Source: Carcharhinus longimanus (lineage: Eukaryota). Taken from it: DNA of 64,000 bases. The notes beneath the pieces were generated by a model. That model was not told where the DNA came from and ran no database searches. It saw nothing but the letters and a program-made list of their open reading frames with translations. Below, piece after piece: positions 26,820-38,685 of this stretch. The position numbers were made by a program, and so were the translations under genes. Position 1 is the stretch's first letter, and every line of letters begins with the position of its first letter. The DNA lies in assembly GCA_030264375.1 (NCBI GenBank), contig JASCQW010000130.1, positions 25,388,059 to 25,452,058 on the forward strand, in the 5' to 3' direction.

Positions 26820-27105
26820 AAACAGAAAATAATGGAAAACCTCAGCAGGTCTGACAGCATCTGTGGAGAGAGAATTGAACCCATGTTTTGAGCCTGGGTG
26901 ACCCTTCGTCAGAGCTTCTGTGGAGAGAGAGAAAGGAGCTAATGTTTCGGGTCAGGATGATCCTGAGCAAGCTCTAACAAAGGGTCATCCAGACTTGAAA
27001 TGTTGGCTCTATTCTCCCTCCACAGATGCTGTCAGACCTGGTGAGATTTTCCAGCATTTCCTGTTTTTGTTTCCGATTCCAGCACCCGCAGTATTTTGCC
27101 TTTAG
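26820..27105. mobile_element. Penelope-like family B inverted pair with hammerhead remnants
   Basis: Minus copy 26820-26916, partial minus copy 26917-26965, plus copy 26970-27105; the flanking copies carry decayed CTGACGAAGGGTCATCCAGACTCGAAACGTT. Confidence 0.7.
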
Positions 27106-27112
27106 AATCCCA

Positions 27113-27308
27113 TGGAATCATAGAATCCTATTGTACAGAAGGAGGCCATTTGGCCCATTGAGTACTGACCACAATCCCACCCAGACCCTATTCCTGTAAT
27201 ACCCATGCATTTACCCTGCTAATCCCCCGATACTAAGGGGGAATTTAGCATGGCCAATCAACCTAACCTGCACATCTTTAGGCTTGTGTGAGGAAACTGG
27301 AGCACCTG
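27113..27308 (-). mobile_element. HE1-type SINE 3' part
   Basis: Tail and V-domain. Confidence 0.75.
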
Positions 27309-27559
27309 GTTTAACACTTAGTTAAATATCAGTCAGAGTGGGCTGTTCAGGTCTCTCAAGCCTATTCCCACATTTAATTTCTAAATTTTAACTGATTAAT
27401 CGAAACGTAAGCTTTCCTTGTTTATAATATGCAGAAGGAATCTTTTCAGGGAAAGTTTTGTTTCTCGTTCTTGACAGAAACTGAGTCTCCTCAAAACAGG
27501 GGTTTATTCCTGTGCAATCTATCTATAGCTATGCAAAGTGAAAGTTAGCCATAAGAGCA

Positions 27560-27848
27560 AATAGTTAGCCATTGCTGCCTCACAGTGCCAGGGACCGGGG
27601 TTTGATTCCGGAATGTGTCATTGCCTATGTTGGGTCTGCATGTTCTCCCCGTGCCTGCGTGGGTTTCCTCTGGGTGCTCCGGTTTCCTCCCACAGTCCAA
27701 AGATGTGCTGGTTGGGTGTACTGGCCACGCTAAATTCTCCCTCAGTGTACCCGAACAGATACCAGAGTGTAGCGACTCAGAGATTTTCACAGTAACTTTG
27801 TTGCCGTGTTAATGTGAGCCTACTTATGCCACTAATAAATAAACTTTA
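27560..27848 (+). mobile_element. HE1-type SINE with alternative tail
   Basis: Tail ...ttttcacagtaact...ctaataaataaacttt. Confidence 0.8.
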
Positions 27849-27999
27849 AAATATAATGACAACAGCTGGTTTTAAGGTTGAAAAAAAACCCTCCAGCATT
27901 GAAATGTGGATGGGAGTGGACTGCATATTTTGATCCATAGACTGTAATTACGAGTTTCCTTTCCTGAAATGATTTTCTAATGAGAAAGTGGTAGGGCAG

Positions 28000-28653
28000 A
28001 GTGGAGAACCCGCCTTGTGAATGTTTTAAAAGCGTCACCTCAGCACGCAGCACCTCGCTTTAACGGCATGGTTATAAACCAGGGTTTGGCTGCGATGTTG
28101 CTGTGACAGGCGATCAGCCGCTGGCTCTCCCCGAGAGGAGACCGAGTGTGCCTGTCTGTCTGTCTGTGTTTCTGTGTGTCTGTCTGTGTGTATGTGTATG
28201 TGTTCCTGGTATTCCTTGTATGGCAACTAGTCCGGGATCGAGGGGCATCGAAGGGGATTGATGAACCTGGTTTCACAGGGCGCTTGGAGGAGGGGACTGA
28301 GTACCCAGGACAGTAACGATCAGCAGCACTCTGTTCAATCCCAGGATAAACCCCAACCCAAGAAAAAGAGGAAAAAAAACCCCAAAACTAAGCTGTCTGG
28401 AGATGGAACCCAGGCTGATGGCGGCTCTTCAGATCAGCTGCTAATGTTATAGTTTGGGGTTATTAGAATTTGTTACTGTTTGGGAACCTATACTTCCCTT
28501 CCTTCTCCCCGCCCCCCCTTCCCTGATTTTATCTCCTCCCTTGACATTAAGTTTGGACAGATTCTGCTTTCTTTGTGTTTTCTCTCCCGGATTTGTTTAT
28601 TTTCCCTCCCACTTTGTGTTTTTTTTGTTGGTAAAATATATTCACGGTGGAAG
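28000..28653 (+). promoter_or_regulatory. Putative promoter and 5' UTR of the exon-1 gene
   Basis: Local CpG enrichment (28030-28260), TATA-like ttataaa at 28072-28078, TGTC/TG microsatellite, pyrimidine tracts, no interspersed repeats, directly upstream of the ATG. Confidence 0.5.
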
Positions 28654-28751
28654 ATGGCTGCTTGCAGGAGCTCTGTCTGTCTGACAGCAGTTATACAGTT
28701 GTGCCTGATGCTATCTTGTACATCGCAAGAGAGCTTCCCACAAGCTAACGA
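28654..28751 (+). CDS. CACNA2D1: First coding exon (signal peptide) of a voltage-gated Ca2+ channel alpha2delta subunit, CACNA2D1-like
   Basis: ATG in strong Kozak context (gaagATGG). Encodes MAACRSSVCLTAVIQLCLMLSCTSQESFPQAN(E), a hydrophobic signal peptide, then a canonical GA|gtaagt donor at 28752 (98 nt, phase 2). Resembles recalled mammalian CACNA2D1 exon 1 (MAAG...SSEEPFPSAVT, also phase 2). Exon 2 not found in the window; the paralog CACNA2D2 is not excluded. Confidence 0.6.
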
Positions 28752-28794
28752 GTAAGTAACGATAAACCAGTTTACTGCTTGTCCTTGTTGTAAC

Positions 28795-28816
28795 TGTGTG
28801 TGTGTGTGTGTGTGTG
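28795..28816. repeat. (TG)n microsatellite at the start of intron 1
   Basis: Direct reading of the sequence. Confidence 0.85.
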
Positions 28817-29619
28817 CAGTTGCCGAGTGTCTCTCTGACTATGGCTTTGCTTGCCAGTAAGTAGCGTTATGGAGCCCTCCTGTATCTCAGAGAGCATCTC
28901 AGTGCTTGTAGATAAAAATCTTCTGATGTATTTGCAGATCCCTGATTTGTACAAGTGTTAACACAGTTTGAACGCTCTGCCTTTGATTGAATGTTTTTAT
29001 GTCTAAATATATTTTCAACCCTCTGCTAAACAACAAGAGAAAACAGACCCCTGAAAGTTTACATTGTAAGCAGATATTCACATTGAAACGATGGCAGTGC
29101 GTGTTTGAGAATGGGCTGCCATGTTTTACTGGGGAATTGGCTGTATTCCCTCCTAAGAATCTGCTCAGTGTTGTTTGAAGAAACTTGTTGCCAAAGTTAA
29201 GGGGGGGAAAAGTCTTTGTTTTAAGGAGGGGGGAGCTAGAGGGGGTGCTAAACGTANNNNNNNNNNNNNNNNNNNNNNNNNNNNNNNNNNNNNNNNNNNN
29301 NNNNNNNNNNNNNNNNNNNNNNNNNNNNNNNNNNNNNNNNNNNNNNNNNNNNNNNNNNNNNNNNNNNNNNNNNNNNNNNNNNNNNNNNNNNNNNNNNNNN
29401 NNNNNNNNNNNNNNNNNNNNNNNNNNNNNNNNNTAACGGGGCGTTAATAACGGTCGCGGCCACCCCCCCCCCCCCACCCTAAAAGATGTAGTTTTGCCAA
29501 CCGGAATGTGACAATCTCCATGCTCCAGAATGATATCCTGGGCCAGAATTAAAGGAATTGTTTAGGTTTTCAAAGTACATTGCATGTTCTATTTGTGTGT
29601 GGGAGAACTGGAAAGACAG

Positions 29620-29985
29620 GCGCTGACAGAGGTCTACAAAATGATGAGAGGCATAGACAGGGTGGGTAGTCAGAGGCTTTTCTCCCCCAGAGTGAAAGTG
29701 TCAATTACAAATGGGTACACAGGTTCAAGGCGAGCAGGGGAAGTTTAAGGGAGATATGTGGGGGAAGTTTTTCATGCAGAGAGTGGTGGGTACCCGGAAC
29801 ATGCAGCCAGAGGAGGTGGTGGAAGCAGGCGCATTAGCAGCATTTAAGGGGCATCTGGATGGGTACATGAATAGGCAGGGGATAGAGGGAACTGATTGAG
29901 TAAGAGCAAAAGACTTTTTCTTTACTGTCGTTAGTACATCAGGCCGGGGGGCCTGTCCCTGCTCTGTACTTTATCCTTTGTTCAT
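29620..29985 (+). mobile_element. CR1 LINE 3' end
   Basis: KFKGDMWGKFFMQRVVG...FKGHLDGYM. Confidence 0.85.
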
Positions 29986-32437
29986 TTTCAACATTGCAAA
30001 CAGAATCTGATATAGTGATGACATTGGACTTTCTTCTCTACTCTCCAGGAAAATGAAATAGACACCTTTAACAGTGTTGAGTTGATTAAAGTATGGCAGT
30101 TAACCCTTTGGGCGAGGAAGCAACTGGAACTGATGCTTTTGAGTCAGAGCATGTTTCTGTTTGAATGTGTAGGAATTACCACGTTGGTTTTGCACTACAA
30201 CCTCTGACACATTAGTCCAGAGTGTAACATCCTCCTCCACCAACCGGCCCCCCCACACCTCCACAGTATAAGTTGTAGGAAGCAGGTCATTTCTTTTTCT
30301 TTCTTGTACTGCACTGCAGGAGCCTGGATTTAGCAGGCGCGTTCAGCACCGATAGGATCATTTGATTGGTTAAAAAAATAAAACTAGTGGTAGCTGTGAA
30401 CGTAGCGGATATGTTTTGTGCACTTTTAGGTACCCAATCCACTCCGAACCATCTCGCCCTGCCCTGCCAAGAAACTGGGCCCACTTGTTTCCTCCTTGTA
30501 AAGTATGAGGCATCAATTATAATATCTTTGGTGTTTGCTGCTGAATAATAGAAGCTGTGTAAACAATGGCGTCTATGATAAATGGTTGGATTAGAATGAT
30601 GAACGTGGGCCCACTTACTATGATGCTGCTTGTGTAGAGCATAACATTTTGTATTCCAGAACCATAAAGATAGGCTGCTGGTTTCTGCCTGTAATACACA
30701 GAGAAAGTGTAGTGGTAAAGACTAATGTTTATTGCTGAATGTGGTATAAAGATACATGTTTGCAGTTCCAGGGTTTATAGTAATTCCATTTTACCAAACC
30801 CATTTGATTCACCAAGGAGCAGATTTGTGTATAGCTTTTCATCATCTTTTCCCATTTAAAAAAAATTACTCTCCCTCCATAATCAGTTCACTGGAGTGGA
30901 TGGTGGACCTGTTCTTGGGGTTTTTGCTACTTGGAGTCTGCCAGGGAAGCCACTAGGAGGTGTGTGAGAGCAGTGCTTGTTGATTCAGTCTGTGGTTTGA
31001 GAATTTATTTTGTACAGCAGCACTGACAAGAAGGCCTGGCGAGCAAAGTAGCTGCTGCTGCTGCCTCTTGTCCATAGATGGTATAGATGTGGTATAGGAA
31101 AGCCCAGGAATGAAATAACAACACAAATAACTTCTGCCTCCAGGGACATGAAACTGAACAAAATGGCTTACTTTTCTTGGCTGGCATCCAGAAGTCCCTT
31201 CAAAGGCTGTAGGCTATTCTGCTGGCGAGTCAGTATAACAAAACTGGGCACGTGCATTTCACGAATACTCAGGTGGTAGTGAATCTGGACTAAGGTGCTG
31301 AAGGAGATATTAATTTGTGTATTCCGGACACCCAACGTATATGTCAGCGCTGTGAGAACCCCTCAGACTTTGCAGTTGCTAATTTCCAACATGTACGAGG
31401 GTGGGGGGCATCAGCTGAAAGGAATGCCAATGTATTTTATTTGCCCAAAAAGAGGGATAACAAAGATCAATGTCTGTCCATATTTTTTAACCAGGTATAT
31501 GAAGAGTTAAGGTTACATGTTAAAAGAAGCCTTCAGTGACAGCTGCTGGCCACATGCTGTGCTTAAGTTATCTCAGCACAGTCTTTGGCATATTATTTAG
31601 AAGATCTTTGGTTGGTTGTTTCCACAATGAAATTGTATTAACTATGATGGTGTGAATGTAACGAGTGTGTTTGTAGTTAACCACAGATGCCTTGTATTAC
31701 CAGTGCTTGTAGGAATGGGGCCATCATTCTGTCCCTGCTAATTTGCAGTGGTGTATTTTTAAATCTGTTAGCTAGCACAAGTGTTCAGGTCTGTATTTTA
31801 GGAATTACTTCTCCTGCCATCTCTGAGTTGCCTAAATATAGAAGTGGAGAAGTCATCAGCTGGTCCCAGCAATCAATGGTGCTGTCTGTCTGTGCATCAG
31901 TGTTAACCCCTTAAGCACTAAAGCAGGCCAACTTCCTTGTTCTCGATATATATCTGTGTGCAATAAGTTTATGCCTACATTAAAGATGAATGTTTCTGTT
32001 TCTTTTGATGCCAGACTGTTTTAAACATTAGCCCAAATTTGCAACTCACATTGTTTCAATGCAACAACCAAGGGCTCTGTGTTGTATCAGAGATAGGTGT
32101 TTGTGGATTGAAGATACATAATTTAAAAGAAACAGAAACACACCATAGATGTGAGTTATTTTTGGTGTCAGTATTTAAATATGTTAGGAGGAGCTGTGAT
32201 TTAAACAAGTGGAAAGTAAAACTGTGGCAAGCAGACATTTTTTAAAAGAATAAGTGTTATGCACAACTATTTTAAAGCTGGAAACTTGACCAAAATAACT
32301 TACTTCAAGTTTTGTTTGCATAATATTGGTCATAAATTGTTTTTATCTTTTTATAATATTAAAGTCTCAGGTTTGATGATGTGTCGTATTGCTGCTAACA
32401 AACTGCCCAATTACGTTTGCCATTGAAATAATTAAAA

Positions 32438-33627
32438 ACTCAATTGGAAAAATATATTTGAATTTACATGAGATTAGACCCTCATACAACTCCTAGCTCT
32501 ATCCCTGTGACCAATAGTCTGAGCTTGGGGCATTAGTACAGATGTGCCCAACTATTGGCACATCTGTGCCGATATAATAACAAGAACTGATACTGTCTCC
32601 CTTGCTATTACAGTCCCAATTTTATTGATTTTGTCAAAGCCATAATATTATTTTGCATTATTATTTGTTATATTTTCAGGGCAATATTCTTTATTCAAAT
32701 GTAAGTTATCTTATATTAGTGAAAGCTGTAAGAAGCGGTAGAAAATTATATTTGCCATTGAAATGATTCAAAACAAAAGTTGCTGAAAGACTTCAAAGCA
32801 AAATGATCCTCAGATCGCTGCCGTACAACCCTCCCAAGATATCTGTGCTCCTCTAATTCTGACCCCCCAGCACATTCCCGGTTTTGTCCCTTCACCTGCC
32901 TCGATCCTAAGGAACTGGCTCCCTAAACCTCTCCACTGTTCCACTGCTCTTTCCTCCTTTAGAATGTTCATTAAAATCCACCTTTTTGGACAAGCTTTTG
33001 TCTATCGAGCATCTCCTTAAGTGGCTCGGAATCCAACTTGTTCGCTAAGCTCTGATGAAGCGCCCGTGGGTCATTTAGTCATATTCAGATGCTTTTTAAG
33101 TCAGGTTGCTGTTGTTGCAAGGAGAGGACAGAACTATTGTTCATTATCATCTGGGTATCTGCTTCAAGGCAGGGTATGCACTGATGGAGTTGAGGGCACA
33201 GTACCGTAGCATTTTATTCCATTTTATTTTTAAGTTGGAATGGCTACTCCTGAAACAATTTTCCACTCTGAGAAGAAAAATCTTTGTTGAATCTTACTTA
33301 GTCCATGCACTCAGCAGCCTCATCCACCTGTGCTTTGCAATTTCTATCAGCATAAGATAATGTACATTTGAGTAAAGAATATTACCCTGAAAATATAACA
33401 ACATAAGTAATAATACAAAACAATATTATAGCTTTGACAATTAAAGTCAGTAAAAGGAACATTGCAATAGCAAGAGGGACAGTATCAGCGCTGGTTATTA
33501 TAATGTCACAGATGTACCAATAGATGTACAAATGTCCCACCCTCAGACTGTTGGTTGTAGTGATAGAGCTAGGAGTTGAATGAGGGGCTATTCTCGTGTA
33601 GATTAAAATATATTTTTCCAACAGAGT
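32438..33627. mobile_element. Long-TIR element (~275-bp arms) with nested L2 3' end (32810-33118, +)
   Basis: 32438-32714 is a diverged reverse complement of 33352-33627. Confidence 0.7.
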
Positions 33628-34067
33628 ACAGGACGTTTGAAATGTGGCTTGAGCAAATATTTTTCTTTAAAAGTAAGCAGCTGAATAAATATTTGTTAAA
33701 GAGTGTAATTGATGGCTATGAGCATATAGATAGACATAGATGATCAAATGCTATTTGTTTGTGTGCTGTTGGAATCATGGTCATGTTGTCAACAGAACGC
33801 CACTGGCCAGAGTTGAAGGATTTAGTTGCAAGGTTCAATTGGTATCACACAGATTTGTTTTATAATATCTGATGGCCAGTGACTTTCATTTTCATAGAGG
33901 TCTTGCATATGCCAGAGTCAAAAAGTATCAGAAACTGGCCAGCAGCTTCATGAAGCCAGGCAATTCAAAATTATCAGGATGTATGGTGCAGTTGGACACA
34001 GCCTTGTCGAAATTTTAGCTGGAAGTACATACAGCGTTCCATCACTTATACAGTGGAAGCTTATAGT

Positions 34068-34338
34068 ATGGCACAGTGATGCTGCCTCACAGCACCAGGG
34101 TTCGATTCTTGGCTTGGGTCAGCTGTGCAGAGATTGCATATTCTCCCTTTGTCTGCGTGGGTTTCCTCTGGGTGCTCCAGTTTCCCCCCACAGTCCGAAA
34201 GACGTGCTGGTTAGATGCCTTGGCCATGCTCAATTTGCCCTCAGTGTACCCGAAAAGGTGTCAGAGTGTGGTGACTAGGGGATTTTCACAGTAACTTCAT
34301 TAATGTAAGCCTACTTGTGAAACTCATAAATAAACTTT
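34068..34338 (+). mobile_element. HE1-type SINE with alternative tail
   Basis: Same structure as the 27560 copy. Confidence 0.8.
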
Positions 34339-34782
34339 NNNNNNNNNNNNNNNNNNNNNNNNNNNNNNNNNNNNNNNNNNNNNNNNNNNNNNNNNNNNNN
34401 NNNNNNNNNNNNNNNNNNNNNNNNNNNNNNNNNNNNNNNNNNNNNNNNNNNNNNNNNNNNNNNNNNNNNNNNNNNNNNNNNNNNNNNNNNNNNNNNNNNN
34501 NNNNNNNNNNNNNNNNNNNNNNNNNNNNNNNNNNNNNNNNNNNNNNNNNNNNNNNNNNNNNNNNNNNNNNNNNNNNNNNNNNNNNNNNNNNNNNNNNNNN
34601 NNNNNNNNNNNNNNNNNNNNNNNNNNNNNNNNNNNNNNNNNNNNNNNNNNNNNNNNNNNNNNNNNNNNNNNNNNNNNNNNNNNNNNNNNNNNNNNNNNNN
34701 NNNNNNNNNNNNNNNNNNNNNNNNNNNNNNNNNNNNNNNNNNNNNNNNNNNNNNNNNNNNNNNNNNNNNNNNNNNNNNNNNN

Positions 34783-34985
34783 CTTCCCTGCTGCTGTCAG
34801 ACTTTTGAATGGACTTACCTTGCATTAAGTTGATCTTTCTCTACACCCTAGCTATGACTATAACACCACATGCTGCACTCTCTCATTTCCTTCACTATGA
34901 ACAGTACACTTTGTCTGTATTGTGCACAAGAAACAATACTTTTCACTGTGTGCTAATACATATAACAATAATAAATCAAATCAAA
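34783..34985 (+). mobile_element. Rex/Babar-like LINE 3' end
   Basis: Same family as 9280. Confidence 0.7.
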
Positions 34986-35292
34986 TTCTCGTTCACAAAG
35001 CACTCTTCACTTCTTCACCCTCTGGCCATACCAGCATTACTTTCCTGCTCTTTCTACAATTCACACTGCCATTCCACCACCCACCCCTTCTCACTTATAC
35101 TAACATTCTCTTCCGCTCTGCTATTCACATTGGTATTCTTTCTCCCTCACACCTCATTTTACACCAACCCTTTTTCTCCCCAGTTGATTCTTGTATTCAT
35201 CTCCCTTCCTCCCGTTCACAGGTTTTGCTGGTGCCTTTACTCGCCTCCTCCTCAGTTCAGGCTGAAATTCTCCCCTGCTCTCAATTCTAATA

Positions 35293-35422
35293 ATGATGTG
35301 GAGATGCCGGTGTTGGACTGGGGTAAAGACAGTAAGAAGTCTTACAACACCAGATTAAAGTCCAACAGGTTAACAAAATAAACCTGTCGGACTTTAACCT
35401 GGTGTTATGAGCCTTCTTACTT
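35293..35422. mobile_element. Penelope-like family A fold-back remnant inside decayed L2 sequence
   Basis: agtaagaag...gtccaacaggtt / aacctgtcggac...cttcttact hairpin. Confidence 0.65.
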
Positions 35423-35899
35423 AATTCTAATACTCAGACTCCCACCCCTCAGTCCACCAGTGTCTCAGTTGTTCCTTTTACCCCATCGTCTCAACCAAGG
35501 CTTCCCTCTCCTCCAGCCCCTCCATGTTGACAATATCAAATTCTGCTATGACCCCACCCTGCCAGAATAAATTGGTACATTTTTACTGCTCGCTGACCAC
35601 CTTGGCTCCATTCCTACCAAATCATGCTCTCACCTATTTCCTTCTTTTATTGCCAAGCCTGATTCCAGCTGAATACCTCTGTTGCTGCAGGGCGACACCG
35701 CTGAGAGAATCTCTCATCACAGTGTACAGCAGTTACATGTCATGCACTGGCAGCAGCATTAGATAGAAGTGGGGAGCTACGGTGGGGTGAAGGGACAACT
35801 AATGTTTTCCTGCAAATCTGGGCAAATAGGTGCTAATTCCAAAACACAGCCCCTCCCCCCGCCTCCCCCTCTTTGGACCATGGACGGTTTGCATGTATT

Positions 35900-36408
35900 T
35901 CATGGAATTATAGAATCCCTACAGCGCAGAAGGAGGCCATTTGAGTCTGCACCCACCCCAATCCCAGTCAGGCCCTATTCCCATAACCCCACATATTTAC
36001 CCTGCTAATCCCCCTGACACTAGGGTCAATTCACATTGGCCAATCAATCTAACCCGCACACCTTTGGACTATGGGAGGAAACCAGACCACCCGGAGGAAA
36101 TCCATGCAGACACGGGGAGAATGTGCAAACTCCACACAGAAAGAGACCCAAGNNNNNNNNNNNNNNNNNNNNNNNNNNNNNNNNNNNNNNNNNNNNNNNN
36201 NNNNNNNNNNNNNNNNNNNNNNNNNNNNNNNNNNNNNNNNNNNNNNNNNNNNCATTAATGTCCTTCAGGGAAGGAAATCTGCTGTCCTTACCTGGTCTGG
36301 CCTACATGTGACTCCAGAGCCACAGCAATCTTGTTGACTCGCAACTGCCCTCGGGCAATAAATGTTGGTCAGGCAGCGACGCCCATGTCCCATGAGTATG
36401 AATAAAAT
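35900..36408. mobile_element. HE1 SINE (-, 35900-36152) and SINE family 2 3' part (+, 36253-36408) across a gap
   Basis: Family motifs. Confidence 0.75.
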
Positions 36409-36679
36409 TTTATGTGAGGTACACCATCGACCAATTTCATCAGAAAAGCAGGACAATATTTTCTTTGGAATGCTTCCTCTTTCTGCTGTTCGGTTTCTTC
36501 TCTGGTAGAAATATTGAGTTAATTAAGTCTGTAGTGCCTATCTGTATACAACACTGACACTTTTACTGAAGCTTTTGTGAAGTTCTGTGATCCAAAATGT
36601 GTTGGGGTTCAGAATTGAGAGCTGATGATGGTTACTCCTCAATGTTATACTTTGTTGGATAAATCTGGTTATTCTGTCT

Positions 36680-36952
36680 TCCATCCTCTTCTGTCGCGAA
36701 AAAGATACAAAAGTCTGAGAACACGTACCAACCAACTCAAGAACAGCTTCTTCCCTGCTGCCATCAGACTTTTGAATGGACCTACTTTGCATTAAATTGA
36801 TCTTTCTCTACACCTTAGCTATGACTGTAACACTACATTCTGCACTCTCTGCTTTCCTTGTATGAAAGATATACTTTGTCTTATAGCGCGCAGGAAACAA
36901 TACTTTTCACTGAATATTAATACGTGTGACAATAGTAAATCAAATCAAATCA
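36680..36952 (+). mobile_element. Rex/Babar-like LINE 3' end
   Basis: KRYKSLRTRTNQLKNSFFPAAIRLLN plus (aaatc)n tail. Confidence 0.8.
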
Positions 36953-38167
36953 GAAAGTACAGCAGTGTGGTGATTCTGATAGTGGACTAACACAAGTCCA
37001 AATCCCACCACAGTGCTTTGAGAATTCGGTTTAAAATAAAACCTATTACCAGTAAAAGTGATATGAACCTGTCAGCTGTTTCACCAATGTCTTTTGAAAC
37101 TTGCCACCCTGATCCAGGCTGATTTATGTGTGACTCTAATACCACACACATATGGTTGATGCAACTGCTCTTTGAAGTGGTGTGGCAAGCCACTCGGTTG
37201 TGTCAGATCACCAGAAAGAAATGTTTGCATTTATATAGCATTTTCCACCACCACTGGACGTCTCAAAGCACTTTACAGCCATTGAAGGACATTTTTTTCA
37301 GTGCTTCAAGCAGATTGCTCTTCGTCAGCTCCTTGGGGGAACTGGACAATAAACATTGGCAATAGTGCCCATACTCGGAGACGGAATTTAAAAGAAATGG
37401 TCTGTAAATATCCTCATGTAATTGAGGAGGGAGCAGTAGCCTGGTGTTCTGGACTGCTAGCACACTTTCATGATTTTAATGGGTCGACCTGGCTCTCAAC
37501 TGGAATACAACACCTTTCCCCTAGCAGCCTGACAGGCTGCAGCAACTGAATGTGGGAGTCCAGGAACCCAGCACTGTGAAATACAGTTTTTAAATCAGGG
37601 AATAATTGTGCTGTGTGTATTACAGTCCCACCTACTTGATAGTAGTCTGTTGTACATAATAGCAGCTTAACAATGTATAGATCCCACTTTGTAGTTATTA
37701 TACCTGTAAATCATATTTCAGAGCACACTGCTGTGCAGAAACTGGCCTCCCCTTCCGCCTGCAGTCAGCCTCAGAAGTTCACATGTTGAATGTTCCAATC
37801 TTGGATGTGTCCTTCAATGGGGAAGATGGTCTGACCTTTGGGTTACATTTGCCCCTTAAGGTCTCCTGTCCACCCTTCTGATTCAACAACATTGCCCACA
37901 CCTTAGCACTGCCGTGAATTCTGCCCTCATGCTGGTAGGAACTTTTTGATGGTAGGAATTGAACTACCAGGCACTTTGCACCTAGTAATGGCCCCCATGA
38001 CCCAGGGAGATTGGTCAATCAGGGACATATTCTGAGAAGCGGGGATTGAAAGCTGGTGAAAGTCCTACGTTGACAGAACTTCACCTTAAAGAGGAGAATC
38101 CTGGCAATGATGTTAATATAAATAGCACCAACCAGGAAAATTTGGGCCAAAAAATAGTGAGCGCTGC

Positions 38168-38685
38168 ATGAATCAAAGAATCCGTACAGTGCAGAAGGAT
38201 GCTATTAACCCCTTGACCCTGCGTGGACAACAATCCCAGCCAAGCCCTATCCCTATAACCCCATGTATTTACCCAGCTAATCCTCCTAACACTAAGGATC
38301 AATTTGTCATAGCCAATCAACCCAATCTGCATGTCTTTGGACTGTGGGAGGAAACCAGAGCACCCAGAGGAAACCCACACAGATATGGGGAGAATGTGCA
38401 GACTCCATACAGACAGTGACCCAAGGCCAGTATTGAATCCGNNNNNNNNNNNNNNNNNNNNNNNNNNNNNNNNNNNNNNNNNNNNNNNNNNNNNNNNNNN
38501 NNNNNNNNNNNNNNNNNNNNNNNNNNNNNNNNNNNNNNNNNACATCTTTCTGACTGTGGGAGGAAACCCACACAGATATGGGGAGAATGTGCAGACTCCA
38601 TACAGACAGTGACCCAAGGCCAGTATTGAATCCGGATCCCTGGAGCTGTGAGGAAGCAGTGTTAACCAATGTGCCACTGTGCTGC
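38168..38685 (-). mobile_element. HE1-type SINE spanning a gap
   Basis: Family motifs; gap flanks are duplicated. Confidence 0.8.

Noticed and set aside
30576-30640. Possible exon 2 (INGWIRMM resembling IKSWVDKM)
   Set aside because: No in-phase splice acceptor and an in-frame stop follows.
33048-33070. CTGATGA hammerhead-like motif
   Set aside because: Lies in the L2 3' UTR; no stem II or GAAA follows.
34809-35381. 190-aa ORF
   Set aside because: Runs through a LINE 3' UTR, low-complexity pyrimidine tract and a Penelope-like remnant; no recognisable domain.
38331-38633. Direct duplication inside a SINE
   Set aside because: Near-identical sequence on both sides of a 100-N gap; probably a scaffolding overlap artefact.
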